DNA of 63,246 nt, counting the filler, from Stramenopiles sp. TOSAG23-3 (lineage: Eukaryota): the NCBI GenBank assembly GCA_900128585.1. It is 13 parts of 13 records of this genome, joined end to end, with 100 filler letters (N's around TTAATTAATTAA, not from the genome) between each part and the next. Parts side by side here need not be neighbours in the genome. Positions count along the whole stretch, not along the records: positions 5,576 to 11,048 come from LT643520.1; positions 11,149 to 16,620 come from LT643521.1; positions 16,721 to 22,185 come from LT643522.1; 10 more parts are not named here. One strand, written 5' to 3'. Numbering within the stretch: the first letter of the stretch is position 1; each line of letters begins with the position of its first letter. The position numbers were made by a program, and so were the translations under genes. Below, in pieces: positions 10,470 to 21,156 of this stretch. The notes beneath the pieces are model-generated. The model searched no databases, had not been told where the DNA came from, and worked only from the letters and a program-made list of their open reading frames with translations.

Positions 10470-10964
10470 CTAGGTTCTTTTCTTTAAATGATATTAAATT
10501 TTACATCCAACCCAATCCAATGAAATATAAATTACACAAATTCTCTTCCTTTTCTCTGTTTTGTTTACTATTTTTTTCGTTTGTATCATACCAAGTTTTA
10601 TGTGTATATGGAATCATCCCCTCATTCAAAAAAAAGTGAAACGAATCTATACTACATTTATCAATCAAAAAAAAATCAAAGAAGAGAAGAAGAAGAAAAT
10701 ATAAAATAAAATAAAATAACAACTTATTTTGCCTGCTATTACCTGTTTTGTTGAGATTTGATTTCCGAACATATTTTCCTATCTAATATATGCTTATTTA
10801 AGTACTTGTAAAATACTCTACACTACAATTGTATGAAGAAAAACAAGATTTGGAGGTTGCTTTTATTTATCCCTAAGATATAATACAAGTACCCATTGCC
10901 TATGTAATTGTTTCTCACGTTTTATTGAATTTTTAAGATATTTTTAAGAGGAGAGGAGGGGAGT

Positions 10965-10986
10965 TCTTTCTTTCTTTCTTTTCTTT

Positions 10987-11034
<48 letters not shown>

Positions 11035-11048
11035 TCGACTCTTTCTTT
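10965..11048. repeat. (TTTC)n array with GACTC variant unit
   Basis: Read directly; ends at the contig edge. Confidence 0.95.
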
Positions 11049-11194
11049 NNNNNNNNNNNNNNNNNNNNNNNNNNNNNNNNNNNNNNNNNNNNTTAATTAA
11101 TTAANNNNNNNNNNNNNNNNNNNNNNNNNNNNNNNNNNNNNNNNNNNNCACCGCTTCATTTTCTTTTTTTTTCCGTGGTGGGAGTGCCTTAACG

Positions 11195-12616
11195 ATGAGC
11201 GTTCGGCAGTGTTTGTTGCTTCTTGTGGTCTTTAGCGGCACGTTTGGGCAAGGGTCGCTGTTGCCCTTGAGTACTGCAGGCGACTACAAATCTGCGGCGA
11301 TAAAGAAATCGAACGATGGTGATTTGGATGGGGCGATTGATTATTTTCGTCTCGCTGTAGAATTGGACCCTTACGATTCGATGGGTATGAACAACCTTGG
11401 CGTTGCGTTGATGAGGCGCGGGGTAGAAAAGCGCAGTGTTCAAGAACTCCGAGAGTCTTACGCTCTGTTTCTGCGAAGTTTGGGAATCAAGAAGGTGAAG
11501 AATACCAAGGAAAACCTTCTTCTGGTGGTTAACTACCTGAAAAACTTAGGTGCTAGCGTTGGGGGCGAAGACGATGGTTTCGACGATGTGGAGGAAGACG
11601 ACGACGAGCTAGAAAGCGAAAAGGAGAAAAGAAAGAAGCTGAAGCAACGAATTAAGAAGCTGTGCGTCCACGACAAAATTCGAATCAAAGTGACGCAGAA
11701 AGATCGAAAGGAGGGGATTTTGCCTTTGAAAAAGTTCAAACGTGCTATTCGAATTATGGAAATCTGCGGAGTGGTTGTGTTCGAACGCCTCTATACCCGC
11801 GAATTAGTCAAGCAGTTAAGGCGCGCGCAAGGAGAAGTGTTGGAGCAGTTTCTCGAGGGAATTGAAAAGGATGTTTCCAAAACCAACAGTACCTGGTCGG
11901 AACAACGAAGTCCCGGGCGTTACGAGTTGGTAAACCCTTTGAAATCCCCTTTCAGCGACGAAGAGTTCATCGCAAATGGTTTGCTGCAACCTTTTATGAA
12001 AAGAATGCTAGGGTCAAAGCGTCTCGAAATTGACACGCACTCGTCCGTTACTTCCTTGCCGCACACTCCAGCACAGCACTGGCACCGCGATGCTGGGTTT
12101 TTGTTCGACTACGATCAAGTACAAAAACAAATTCCCCCTCACGGGATGGTCGTCTTCATGCCGCTTGTCAAAGTGAGCGAAGAGATGGGCCCAACAGAAT
12201 TCCTGGCCGGGTCCCATATCCAATGTCCATCCTCTGAAAACGTCGAACGCCAGCTTGGAAAATGGGTCCTGCAAGAATGCGACCATACAGGAGAGGCCAT
12301 ATCTACGCCATCGTCTAGCGGCAGTGCAGTCGTCTTTGATCTTCGGATCTTGCACAGGGGACTTGCAAACCAAACCCCGAAGAAGAGGCCGCTGATGTAC
12401 ATGGCAATTCTGAAAGAATGGTTTGTGGACCATGTAAATTTTAACGACAAGCAGACTGCTTCTTTTGATGTCATTCCTCCAAAGCTGAAAAAGGCGCTGG
12501 GAAGAATCGATACCAAAGAGTATACTCTTTTGCTGGAAAAAACCTTGGAAAATTTAGGCGTCGACGTAGAGGCAATGCAGTCCAACTATAAGTTCAGAAA
12601 GCACACCTTTGAGTAG
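11195..12616 (+). CDS. Signal peptide + TPR + PhyH-family 2OG-Fe(II) dioxygenase
   Basis: TPR (GDLDGAIDYFRLAVELDP..MNNLGVAL). Metal ligands in QHWHRD and ILHRG, with MGPTEFLAGSH, GSAVVFD and the RPLMY arginine. Confidence 0.88.
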   Translation: MSVRQCLLLLVVFSGTFGQGSLLPLSTAGDYKSAAIKKSNDGDLDGAIDYFRLAVELDPYDSMGMNNLGVALMRRGVEKRSVQELRESYALFLRSLGIKKVKNTKENLLLVVNYLKNLGASVGGEDDGFDDVEEDDDELESEKEKRKKLKQRIKKLCVHDKIRIKVTQKDRKEGILPLKKFKRAIRIMEICGVVVFERLYTRELVKQLRRAQGEVLEQFLEGIEKDVSKTNSTWSEQRSPGRYELVNPLKSPFSDEEFIANGLLQPFMKRMLGSKRLEIDTHSSVTSLPHTPAQHWHRDAGFLFDYDQVQKQIPPHGMVVFMPLVKVSEEMGPTEFLAGSHIQCPSSENVERQLGKWVLQECDHTGEAISTPSSSGSAVVFDLRILHRGLANQTPKKRPLMYMAILKEWFVDHVNFNDKQTASFDVIPPKLKKALGRIDTKEYTLLLEKTLENLGVDVEAMQSNYKFRKHTFE

Positions 12617-13302
12617 CCTTCTTCTTCCTTTCTTTTACCGTGTTGTTACTTATAGGGTGTACTCACTATTTAAAAAAAAAAAAAACTCACTATTTAATAC
12701 ATTATTTTTAGTATATATTTTATTTTTATATCATGAAAGGAACGTGGTAAACCTTTTTAATGGACAAGAGGAGTAGATTCATTTTCGCAGTATTCTAACA
12801 TAAATTTTAATATATTAATAATCCCTTAAAATAACAACAACACAGCCAATTTTTTTTTGTTATATTATTCATATTATTAGGCTTTAGACGACTAATAATA
12901 AAAAAATATTTAATAAAAAAAAACAATATTTAATTTTTAAAAAAACGGATAATAATATATTTTTCTTTTGTTGAATCACTCATCCACCGTTCCTGTGCTG
13001 CTTTGCGGTAGTCTGTATAGAATTATTTTATTCCAATATTTATTATTTATTTATTAGACTATTATTGTTACACCACCACCATCATCATCATCATTCATAA
13101 TAATAATATATTCTTCATCTCATTTTTTTTTATTACAAAAATGATGTTTTAAATAATCAATCGTCATCTTCGTTAGGAATGTTTCTTTGATATGTTTCTT
13201 TCTTTCTCTCTATTTTTTGTTCAAAGACTTGTAGCCCAAGCTTCCCGAACTGATCGCACTAATCCATTTAGTTTGGCTTGGTTTCACTCGTTCGTCGTAA
13301 TT

Positions 13303-16300
13303 ATGACAGAGAAAGAAAAGCGGCCATCAGCACTGATGCTTCGGCGCTCGAAAACGTTTCAGCTGCAGCAAAGTTCCCTTCGCAATCCATCTGCCTCGCC
13401 TAAACGAAGACAACAAGCATTTGGGAAAATGTTGAAAGGATTGGCGTTGCGAATAGACTCTGGGGGCAACATGTCAACCGCTAACGTGCATCTTTTGAAG
13501 AAGGCAATGTCTGCGCCTGCGTCCGTCTACCTTAGACCAAGCACTCCCTCGTCACCTGCATCCCCTTTGTCACCGATGCGAAACAGGAGAGGTACTATCG
13601 TACTGCATAGATTGAGACCTGTTGATACGAAGGAAAAAAAGAAAAGATATAAACGACTCTTGAAATCCAAAGATCTCTTCAACTCCCTTAGCGATGAAGA
13701 CATAAACAAAATCATCAAAAACTTGAAAGTTAGGATGTTTCCGGACGGTGGCTATATATGCCGCCAGGGGGATATCGGAAGTACCATGTATATTGTGGAA
13801 GGACCAGGCACTGTTTTGGTAACAAAAAACGACCCGAATTTTGATGACGATGAAACCAAGGAAGTGATATTAAAGGAACTGCCAGTCGGTACCTTGTTTG
13901 GCGAGTTGGCCCTAATGACGGACTCTCGGCGCAGTGCAAATATCAAGGCGAAAGGCACAACACGGTGCATGTACATCGATGCCTGTGTATTTAAATCTCT
14001 GTTTAAGGAAGAAAACGAGGAATCCGAGAAGAAACGACAGCAGATACTCGAGGGCGAAATTTTAGAAAAAGTATCGATATTTTCGAAATTTCTTTCAACA
14101 GAACAAAGAGCAAAACTCCTGGATGTACTGCGCCCTAGGACATACGCAAAAGGGGAACATGTTTGCGATGAGGGATCGATCGGTGACTACTTCTATATTA
14201 TAATAAAAGGCCATGTGAAAGTCACCGTTAAAGACCCCGGAGAAGTGGGTGGAGAGCGGTTAATCAATCGTTTGCATTCGAACGACTATTTCGGAGAAAT
14301 AGCATTGTTAGAGCATGGGCCACGTGCAGCGAGCTGTATCGTCGAATCTGAGAGTGCCTCAATCATGCTGTTGCACAAAGTACATTTTAATATAATGATT
14401 CCGTCCAGGGTCAAGGACATGATGCGCCAAGAAATGGAACTCACCAGGATCGGGTTTGGCTCAGACAACAAAAGTGCGAGCCGTGAGGCCTTCGCCACCC
14501 GAGATGTAACGCAAAAAGTCCATATCGATTCTGTGCTGTTTGATTTTTGCTCTGGGGATCAGGACTTTAATCCCCTCACACGATCGAAGAAGCAGAAAGG
14601 CACTATAAGAAAATATGCATTGCGACGGTTTAAAAATTTTGTCTCTTCACTGAGCAATCGGCGCGCAGACTATGCCTTTTTGGGTCCACTCTTACGAACC
14701 ATAAATGAAAAGCCAGGCGTAAAACGCCGACTTGAAACGTTTGTGTTTCCTCTAGAAAAGGTGAAGTCGTCCCGGGAACGAAAGGACATTGGTCGAGAAA
14801 TATTTCGCAAGATATTGACGAAAAAGCGTGAAGCGCGAACGTCTCAGGAAATACTTTTTTTATCGCAATTCCTTTTATCATGCGGGGCAATGGAAACGCT
14901 TCTCCAGCCATTGTCCGATTCTCAAATCGGGGATATCGCCCAGACCGCTTCGTATCAAGTGGTGGAGGAGGGAAATGTTACACTTTACAACCACGGAGAC
15001 AAAGGCAATTCGGCCTATCTAATATTAAGCGGGGCGATTCGAATTGTTGATGTCGCGAGAAATGGAGTAAGGAGTTTGAAATCAGCCTTACGAGCAGGCA
15101 GTTCGTTCGGCGAACTGGCTTGTGTTGGGGTTGACGTGAGACCTGCCTCGGCAATTACTACGATGAAGACTGAACTTTTAGTCATTGATAAGCATGCATA
15201 CATAAAAGCGAAACGATGGCAAGAAAATACACACACATTTATGTCACTGACTCAAAAAACTAAAGTACTGCAAAGCTCTTCCATCTTTGCAGCATGGGCG
15301 AACGACATGCTTTTTCAGTTCTCCTTCAACTTCGTTCAGGAGACTTTCGATGCTGGTACAATTATTCTCCAAGAGAATACCAAACCAACTGGGCTCTATA
15401 TAATTGTAGATGGAACTGTTTCGGTGTGGCAATCGCTCGAGCAGAATCGGAGACCAACTGCAAGGAGCAGTTACACAACTTCTAGGCAAATAGATGCCGA
15501 TGAAAAGCTTCGCGAAAAACTAGATTCAGCTCTCCCGCCTTCCGTCGAGGTCGGCATCCCAACGGTCGATTCTGTGGCTTCCGGACTTAAACCCGAAAAG
15601 AAAAACAATGGCACGGTATTCAAAAATAGACTATCAAGCAAACGACACGTAGAATTGTCTGTGCTTGGTTCTGGGCAGACTCTAGGGCTTTCCTTAGTGG
15701 AACAGGGCAGCAGCGCTGTTGAATGTGTCTCTTACGTCGCCAAATCGGTCGTCAATGTTCTGAAACTTCCTGTTGACATATTTAAATCTGAGATTTCTGA
15801 ATTGCAGGGTGCCCAGATGAAAACAAGACATCGGTCTACACTAAAGTTGCTACAAAACAGGCTTGGAATACAGAAACGCCACACCCCCAGACAAAAAGTA
15901 GAGGCCATAAGAAGGCGAAAAGCGACACGAAAGGTGGCCGAAAAGGTAGATTGGCCTGCACTTGAGGCAGAAAAGAAGTTCTTCGGCGTGGATGATTGGT
16001 TCGTTGAATTAAAGCAGCATGCAAGCCCGAACAAAAGCATGCATTCTTCCGACAGCGCATATCCCCCTAGCGGCGGACAAAAGAGAAATCCTATGTCTCG
16101 CAAGGTTCTGAGGACGACCCTGAAAGAGTTAAAGGAAATGGACCGAAGAGCAGCAATATCAAACGGTCGCGCTATTTTTAAACCGAAAACGACAAGGTAC
16201 CGAACGTACACGGCGTACTTGGACGACATTCAAAAGCGTAAAAAGAAGAAATCTCGGCCAAAAAGTGCGTACGTTATTAGAAAACAAAAGAAATTAGTGG

Positions 16301-16323
16301 CAGCAATGCGACTGTCGTCTTGA
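13303..16323 (+). CDS. Protein with four cyclic-nucleotide-binding domains
   Basis: FGELAL..RRSA, FGEIAL..PRAA and FGELAC..VRPA cassettes plus a degenerate fourth CNBD. Likely start MTEKEK at 13303; an upstream ATG lies at 13192. Confidence 0.9.
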   Translation: MTEKEKRPSALMLRRSKTFQLQQSSLRNPSASPKRRQQAFGKMLKGLALRIDSGGNMSTANVHLLKKAMSAPASVYLRPSTPSSPASPLSPMRNRRGTIVLHRLRPVDTKEKKKRYKRLLKSKDLFNSLSDEDINKIIKNLKVRMFPDGGYICRQGDIGSTMYIVEGPGTVLVTKNDPNFDDDETKEVILKELPVGTLFGELALMTDSRRSANIKAKGTTRCMYIDACVFKSLFKEENEESEKKRQQILEGEILEKVSIFSKFLSTEQRAKLLDVLRPRTYAKGEHVCDEGSIGDYFYIIIKGHVKVTVKDPGEVGGERLINRLHSNDYFGEIALLEHGPRAASCIVESESASIMLLHKVHFNIMIPSRVKDMMRQEMELTRIGFGSDNKSASREAFATRDVTQKVHIDSVLFDFCSGDQDFNPLTRSKKQKGTIRKYALRRFKNFVSSLSNRRADYAFLGPLLRTINEKPGVKRRLETFVFPLEKVKSSRERKDIGREIFRKILTKKREARTSQEILFLSQFLLSCGAMETLLQPLSDSQIGDIAQTASYQVVEEGNVTLYNHGDKGNSAYLILSGAIRIVDVARNGVRSLKSALRAGSSFGELACVGVDVRPASAITTMKTELLVIDKHAYIKAKRWQENTHTFMSLTQKTKVLQSSSIFAAWANDMLFQFSFNFVQETFDAGTIILQENTKPTGLYIIVDGTVSVWQSLEQNRRPTARSSYTTSRQIDADEKLREKLDSALPPSVEVGIPTVDSVASGLKPEKKNNGTVFKNRLSSKRHVELSVLGSGQTLGLSLVEQGSSAVECVSYVAKSVVNVLKLPVDIFKSEISELQGAQMKTRHRSTLKLLQNRLGIQKRHTPRQKVEAIRRRKATRKVAEKVDWPALEAEKKFFGVDDWFVELKQHASPNKSMHSSDSAYPPSGGQKRNPMSRKVLRTTLKELKEMDRRAAISNGRAIFKPKTTRYRTYTAYLDDIQKRKKKKSRPKSAYVIRKQKKLVAAMRLSS

Positions 16324-16469
16324 TACCTTGATATGCGATACTAGCATGTGATCGGAGTTAACAAACTCCAAAGCATCGAACAAGGTCCAGTTTTATAAAT
16401 AGGCATTAATAAGTACATTTATTAGTATACTATACTCTGATTCTATTGTTTTTTCAAGGGAGACGTTTG

Positions 16470-16620
16470 GACGAGAGCAAGGATGCAAGTATCTTTGGCG
16501 CGGAATTGGAAAATGGCAACGGTCTTTGTGTTAACTATTTTAAACGAAGAGATCTTTATGAAAAAAGGATAATTTTTATAAATTTAAACAGCCAAAAGTG
16601 CTTTCTAATATATAAAAGTA
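16470..16620 (+). mobile_element. Repeat family B, terminus-like copy 1 (truncated by contig end)
   Basis: 136/151 identical by manual alignment to the reverse complement of 17068-17218; first 39 bp identical; sharp boundary at GACGAGAGC. Confidence 0.6.
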
Positions 16621-16720
16621 NNNNNNNNNNNNNNNNNNNNNNNNNNNNNNNNNNNNNNNNNNNNTTAATTAATTAANNNNNNNNNNNNNNNNNNNNNNNN
16701 NNNNNNNNNNNNNNNNNNNN

Positions 16721-17218
16721 GTTGGTTTTTTTTAAGTAAAAGGCTTTGATAGACACCTGTTCAACAAAGTGTTCGGTGTCCATGGCGCGAAAAAAAATCC
16801 AACTCGATTTTCAAAGTATGGAAGCGTTCCGGCCTAAAACGGTAAACAAAAGCAAAGAGAATGCTTAAATGCATAAGTTTAGATCAGGCAACCGTTTCGC
16901 TGTCCATGTGTGACCGTCAACGAATGTCTATAAATTGTTTACTCTCTAATGACTTGGAATTGCGGTTCCTAGGGACAATTTTTTGTGAAATGGGAGATTT
17001 AGACCAAACACCACCCTAACAAACACTTATTCATTTGTTGGCGCTAGAAAAATGAACCGTACTGGCATACTTTTATATATTAGAAAATTGTTTTTGCTGT
17101 TTAAATTTATAAAAATTATCTTTTTTTCATAAAGATCTCTTCGTTTGAAATAGTTAACACAAAGTTGTTCACTATTTTTCAATTCCGCGCCAAAGATACT
17201 TGCATCCTTGCTCTCGTC
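16721..17218 (-). mobile_element. Repeat family B, copy 2 plus probable non-coding interior
   Basis: 17068-17218 matches copy 1. 16721-17067 has no long ORF, is higher in complexity than typical spacers and runs to the contig end. Confidence 0.55.
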
Positions 17219-17518
17219 GGTCGCCGCAAAACACGGTCGTCCTCACCCCTTCTTCTTCTTCCCCCTCCTCCTCCTCCTCCTCTTCTCTTATTATTACTAC
17301 TAGACTACTACTATATAATATTATAGAAGAATCATAATTTTTATACTACTAATAATAATAAATGTACTTTTATTATCGCCCATTTATGAAAAAATATCCA
17401 CTAAAAAAACGCACCCTTTTCAATTGCTTTGGAGTTCTACAACAAATAAAAGATGTAAAACAATTTATTCGTTGTCGTTGTCGGTTTTTTTGATCCTTCG
17501 ACCCAGATTTTAAAACAG

Positions 17519-19426
17519 TTAAATAAGGCCTTTGATTTTTTCACGGTAAAAGTCAATGTTTGTGGTTGTGAGGCGCACCAAGTCACTCTTTTGCAAGGGC
17601 AGTTGTGTAAATGGGCACTTTCCATTCCGTTTTATGCACATAAGCCAGGTGTAGTACCCACAAACATGCCCGGTCCGAGGAGAGATCGCAGGATTCTCAA
17701 TTGGGTCAAGTGTTATGGGGTCGATTTTGTCCGCCAACGGATTGTGCGACTTGTCGTCCAAATCTTCGGTGGACAACCCCTGCCGCTTTCGCCTGTTCCT
17801 GAGCCTTTGACTCCTCCCAACGGTTGACCAGTATCCCTGGTAGGTGTCGTGCTCTGCGGGGAGATCAATTTGCGTTTCTTCCTGTCGTCGCCGTCGCCTC
17901 GCTCGCTTGGCAGGCGTCCGTTTTCGAGTCTCGGCGTTACTGTCTCCGGCCCTTTTGGCTCCCACCAGAGTTTTCTTCTTGGCATTTTTGGGCTGTTGTA
18001 CTGGAAGAGACGATCGACTACGATCTACTCGATAACCCCGCTCTCTGATTGTTCTTCCGTAAGACTCGCCGTTGCGGCACAGTCCTCGTTGCGCCTCCAG
18101 TAGTTCTTTGCCAGACCAGTACTTTACACACTTCGGTGCATTCGGTAGAGACTCCAAACGCGCCACGACATCGGGCGCGTTTAAACCAAAGTACTCTGGC
18201 CCAGCAATGGCAGTCTTTTTTGGGTCCAGCCCTCGTTTTGCCCTCCCTTCATTTATTCTATTTAGAACCAACTTCCAGGGTGCTGTCGCACTCTTGCCCT
18301 CCAACGGCTGGGAAGGGCGATCCATTGCTGTAATTCTGAACACAGGCTTTGCATCGCCTTTCTTTGAATCAGCAAGAATCTCGCAAATATGAGTGCAACG
18401 AACATCGGGTTTTTTGCTAGAGATATACTCTATCTTTGATTTGTACCCAACAGGAAATAAATAAGCGCTGTTGTGAAACTTCGGCCTGAGATCAATCTTT
18501 CCGGCGGATACAAGTTCGCATTTTTTTGTTGCTTTGTGTGAAACTCGACCCAATCGTTTTTGCAAACGTTCACCTGCCGCATCCGCCCGTTTTAAAACAG
18601 CTTTCATGGCGTTTACCGTTTTAGGTTTGGTCGGTGGCGCAACTAATCGATGAATTGGCTTTTCTTTCTTTTCAATCCGAGGGGTTGCACTGTTTTTACA
18701 ACGGTGCTTCCCGGGCGAGTTCGTCAGTTTGGAGTACGCCTTCTTTTGCAAATCCGAGTGCGAAAGATTGTACGGAGAAACTTTTGCTCGCGTTCGAGTG
18801 CTTCGACGTGGAGTTGCCACAACATTAGCCGCTAATTTTGTTTTCATTCTCGTTTCTGATTTGCGCTTTAATCCACGTTTCGAACGGCCCGTTTGCAACA
18901 AACGTTCCGCCGCCACCGACTCATTCCCGTTGGCTTTTGCGAGTTGTAGCGCTGCAGTGGTTTCGTCCAAGCCCGACGGACCGAACAAGACTAACAGATC
19001 ATTAATCTTTCTTTTTTGTTCTCGGCGCTCATAATCCTCGACCATTTTTTTATGACGTTGAAGGTTTTCTTGCATCCTCCGTTTTTGTTCCACGGATAGT
19101 TTTTTGCCATGATAGCTGACTCCCCCAAAAAACGCGCCTTCCTCGTCACTGCTGCTCTCGCTGCCATTGCTACTCTCGCTGCCACTGCTTCCGCTATCGC
19201 TGTCGCTATCACTATTACTGTCCTCAGCGTCGTTCCGTCCGTTAGTTATGGCTTGCCCATTTACCCTACGGTTTGCGGACATGATTCGTTTTGCTTCTGC
19301 CAAAGACACCAAGCCTTCTTTTACGAGCGTTTCCAGGTCCTGGCTCACCCCCCTCCCGGCTTTCTTGTCCAAGCGGCTGCTCCTACGCGACCCACTCCTC
19401 ACCAACTTTTTCTTTGGTATGGTCAT
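17519..19426 (-). CDS. UBA-like + FYRN/FYRC + C-terminal U-box-like protein
   Basis: FYRN (SAGKIDLRPKFHNSAYLFPVGYKS), FYRC (SATAPWK..IAGPEYFGL..LESLPNAPKCVKY), U-box-like (IDPITLDPIENPAISPRTGHV..KCPFTQLPLQKSDL). Likely ATG MTIPKK at 19426. Confidence 0.88.
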   Translation of the reverse strand: MTIPKKKLVRSGSRRSSRLDKKAGRGVSQDLETLVKEGLVSLAEAKRIMSANRRVNGQAITNGRNDAEDSNSDSDSDSGSSGSESSNGSESSSDEEGAFFGGVSYHGKKLSVEQKRRMQENLQRHKKMVEDYERREQKRKINDLLVLFGPSGLDETTAALQLAKANGNESVAAERLLQTGRSKRGLKRKSETRMKTKLAANVVATPRRSTRTRAKVSPYNLSHSDLQKKAYSKLTNSPGKHRCKNSATPRIEKKEKPIHRLVAPPTKPKTVNAMKAVLKRADAAGERLQKRLGRVSHKATKKCELVSAGKIDLRPKFHNSAYLFPVGYKSKIEYISSKKPDVRCTHICEILADSKKGDAKPVFRITAMDRPSQPLEGKSATAPWKLVLNRINEGRAKRGLDPKKTAIAGPEYFGLNAPDVVARLESLPNAPKCVKYWSGKELLEAQRGLCRNGESYGRTIRERGYRVDRSRSSLPVQQPKNAKKKTLVGAKRAGDSNAETRKRTPAKRARRRRRQEETQIDLPAEHDTYQGYWSTVGRSQRLRNRRKRQGLSTEDLDDKSHNPLADKIDPITLDPIENPAISPRTGHVCGYYTWLMCIKRNGKCPFTQLPLQKSDLVRLTTTNIDFYREKIKGLI

Positions 19427-19513
19427 GGAGAAAGAGCTATGGAATACTATGTACTTCTGGGTTGTCGTGCTTTCGTTAATAAAACTGTAAAATCGAACAA
19501 AAACAGTATTAAT

Positions 19514-19866
19514 ACCGCCATTACTAAATACAAAATACATAAGCTTATAAATTCTTCGAACCAATAAATATATATTGCGCGCATTGCAATTTTTTGTTGT
19601 TTGTAGTATCTTTTTTTTTTTGGTACAGGCAGCAGCAGTAGTATTAATATTATTAATAATAATAATAAAAAAAAAAAAACACAATCACCACAACACCACC
19701 ACCACCACAGACCACAAGAGAGAAAAAAAGAAGAAGAAGAAGAAGAAGAAGAAGAAGAAGAAGAAGAAGAAGAAGAAGAAGAAGAAGAAGAAAGAAGAGA
19801 AAGAAGAAAAAAATAAGAATAATTATTAATAATAATAAGAACAGAATATTGTTGTAGTAATAAATA
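19514..19866. promoter_or_regulatory. Duplicated upstream module, copy A (contains (AAG)21 at 19728-19790)
   Basis: First 92 bp are 89/92 identical to 21157-21248; last 24 bp are identical to 21366-21389. Confidence 0.7.
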
Positions 19867-20218
19867 GTTGTTTATACCTACTACCTATGGGGACCTGGAT
19901 GTTATGTTTGTGATGTTTCTGATAAACTACAATTTACAATATACTAAGACTCCTATATAAATTTAAGTTGAAATTTTTGTTTAAGGCGAATTTTTCTTCT
20001 CCATGGAATAACAGAAAATCTCTATGAAATGTTACCAAGTTCCAAGTTCATGTTCATCGGTACAACTTCGTCACCACACCCCAACACCCCAAGTGACTAG
20101 AATACTAGAACACTGTACCTGTACCATACATAATAGACAACTGTATTACTGTATTCAGTATTCAAACGATACGACAGAGAACACAAACGACGACGACGAC
20201 CGCAGGCTACTAGACCAC

Positions 20219-21067
20219 TTAATTTTGAAGAAATTTAAGTGCACTGTTCTTCGCCCCGTTACCAAGGTCTCCGCTGGGCGCGGGAAGTTGTGGGCGGCTC
20301 GTCCAATGGCCAGTCCAGTATGTATAATAACCTAGCAATGCCTCGACAAGGCACATCACTTGTATCGACCACTCCGGCAAGATGGCCCATTTGCTTCCTG
20401 GCTTCAAGCACCATTGCAAGTCGGGGATGAGAAACAGTGTAGACCGAATCATATTGTACCGCAGAGACCTTCGCGACTTCACACACTGTGCCAGTGCTTC
20501 TTTCTTGTTCACACAGCCGTCTTTGTACGTCTCCTTCACTATTTGCTCCATTTTTCCAAGTTCTTGCAAACGGTAAAAGCAGCTGACGATATCAAAAAAA
20601 CACCAACTTCCCCAGCCGTAACAAGACAAGCGGCCCATTTCATCTGCCCCGCCAAACCTCTTTAATTTTTTTCCTATCCAGCCGGGAGCGGACCAACCCA
20701 AATAGGCTAGGTTTTCGAGTATATAATATTGAACCAAAGAAATGGAGCCTGCATACAGGCACAATTTGGCACCAGTGCTCTTCCAGCCACCCAAAAAACT
20801 CAAGTTTTTCATGTTTTCAAACTCCACCAGCGAGCCACAATAACCGCCTTGGAAGCGGATGGCCATCCGGGCCGTTTGAAACGTGGTACAAATCTGCTTT
20901 AATCCAACGGTCGTAGGGTGATCCACACCATGTGTCCTCTCATATATTTGCCCCAGGCATCCCGCGATGTACCCGAAGGTCTTGATAAATTTGTCAGACA
21001 TAAAGTGCCCTTCATGATTCCGCACGAATGTTTCCAGAGAAAAAGGACCGTGCCTGTTGCTCGCCAT
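20219..21067 (-). CDS. PEX11: Peroxisomal biogenesis factor 11 family protein
   Basis: DKFIKTFGY..., TFQTARMAIRF, YYILENLAYLG, RLSCYGWGSWCFFDI and a C-terminal hydrophobic segment follow the PEX11 pattern. Confidence 0.75.
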   Translation of the reverse strand: MASNRHGPFSLETFVRNHEGHFMSDKFIKTFGYIAGCLGQIYERTHGVDHPTTVGLKQICTTFQTARMAIRFQGGYCGSLVEFENMKNLSFLGGWKSTGAKLCLYAGSISLVQYYILENLAYLGWSAPGWIGKKLKRFGGADEMGRLSCYGWGSWCFFDIVSCFYRLQELGKMEQIVKETYKDGCVNKKEALAQCVKSRRSLRYNMIRSTLFLIPDLQWCLKPGSKWAILPEWSIQVMCLVEALLGYYTYWTGHWTSRPQLPAPSGDLGNGAKNSALKFLQN

Positions 21068-21156
21068 GGTATTTCGCAACTACCCAGCTCACACGCGTAT
21101 AAAGTGCGTTTCCCGATAGTCAGGTCGGGCGTTGACACGCAGAGGCAAACGACGAG

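Noticed and set aside
16470..17218. A single TIR transposon spanning the linker
   Set aside because: Contigs are sorted by length, so adjacency is arbitrary, and the flanks show no target-site duplication.
19427..19684. N-terminal extension of the 721-aa ORF (and the similar 20899-21324 ORF)
   Set aside because: It runs through poly-A and microsatellite DNA of the duplicated module from a non-ATG start.
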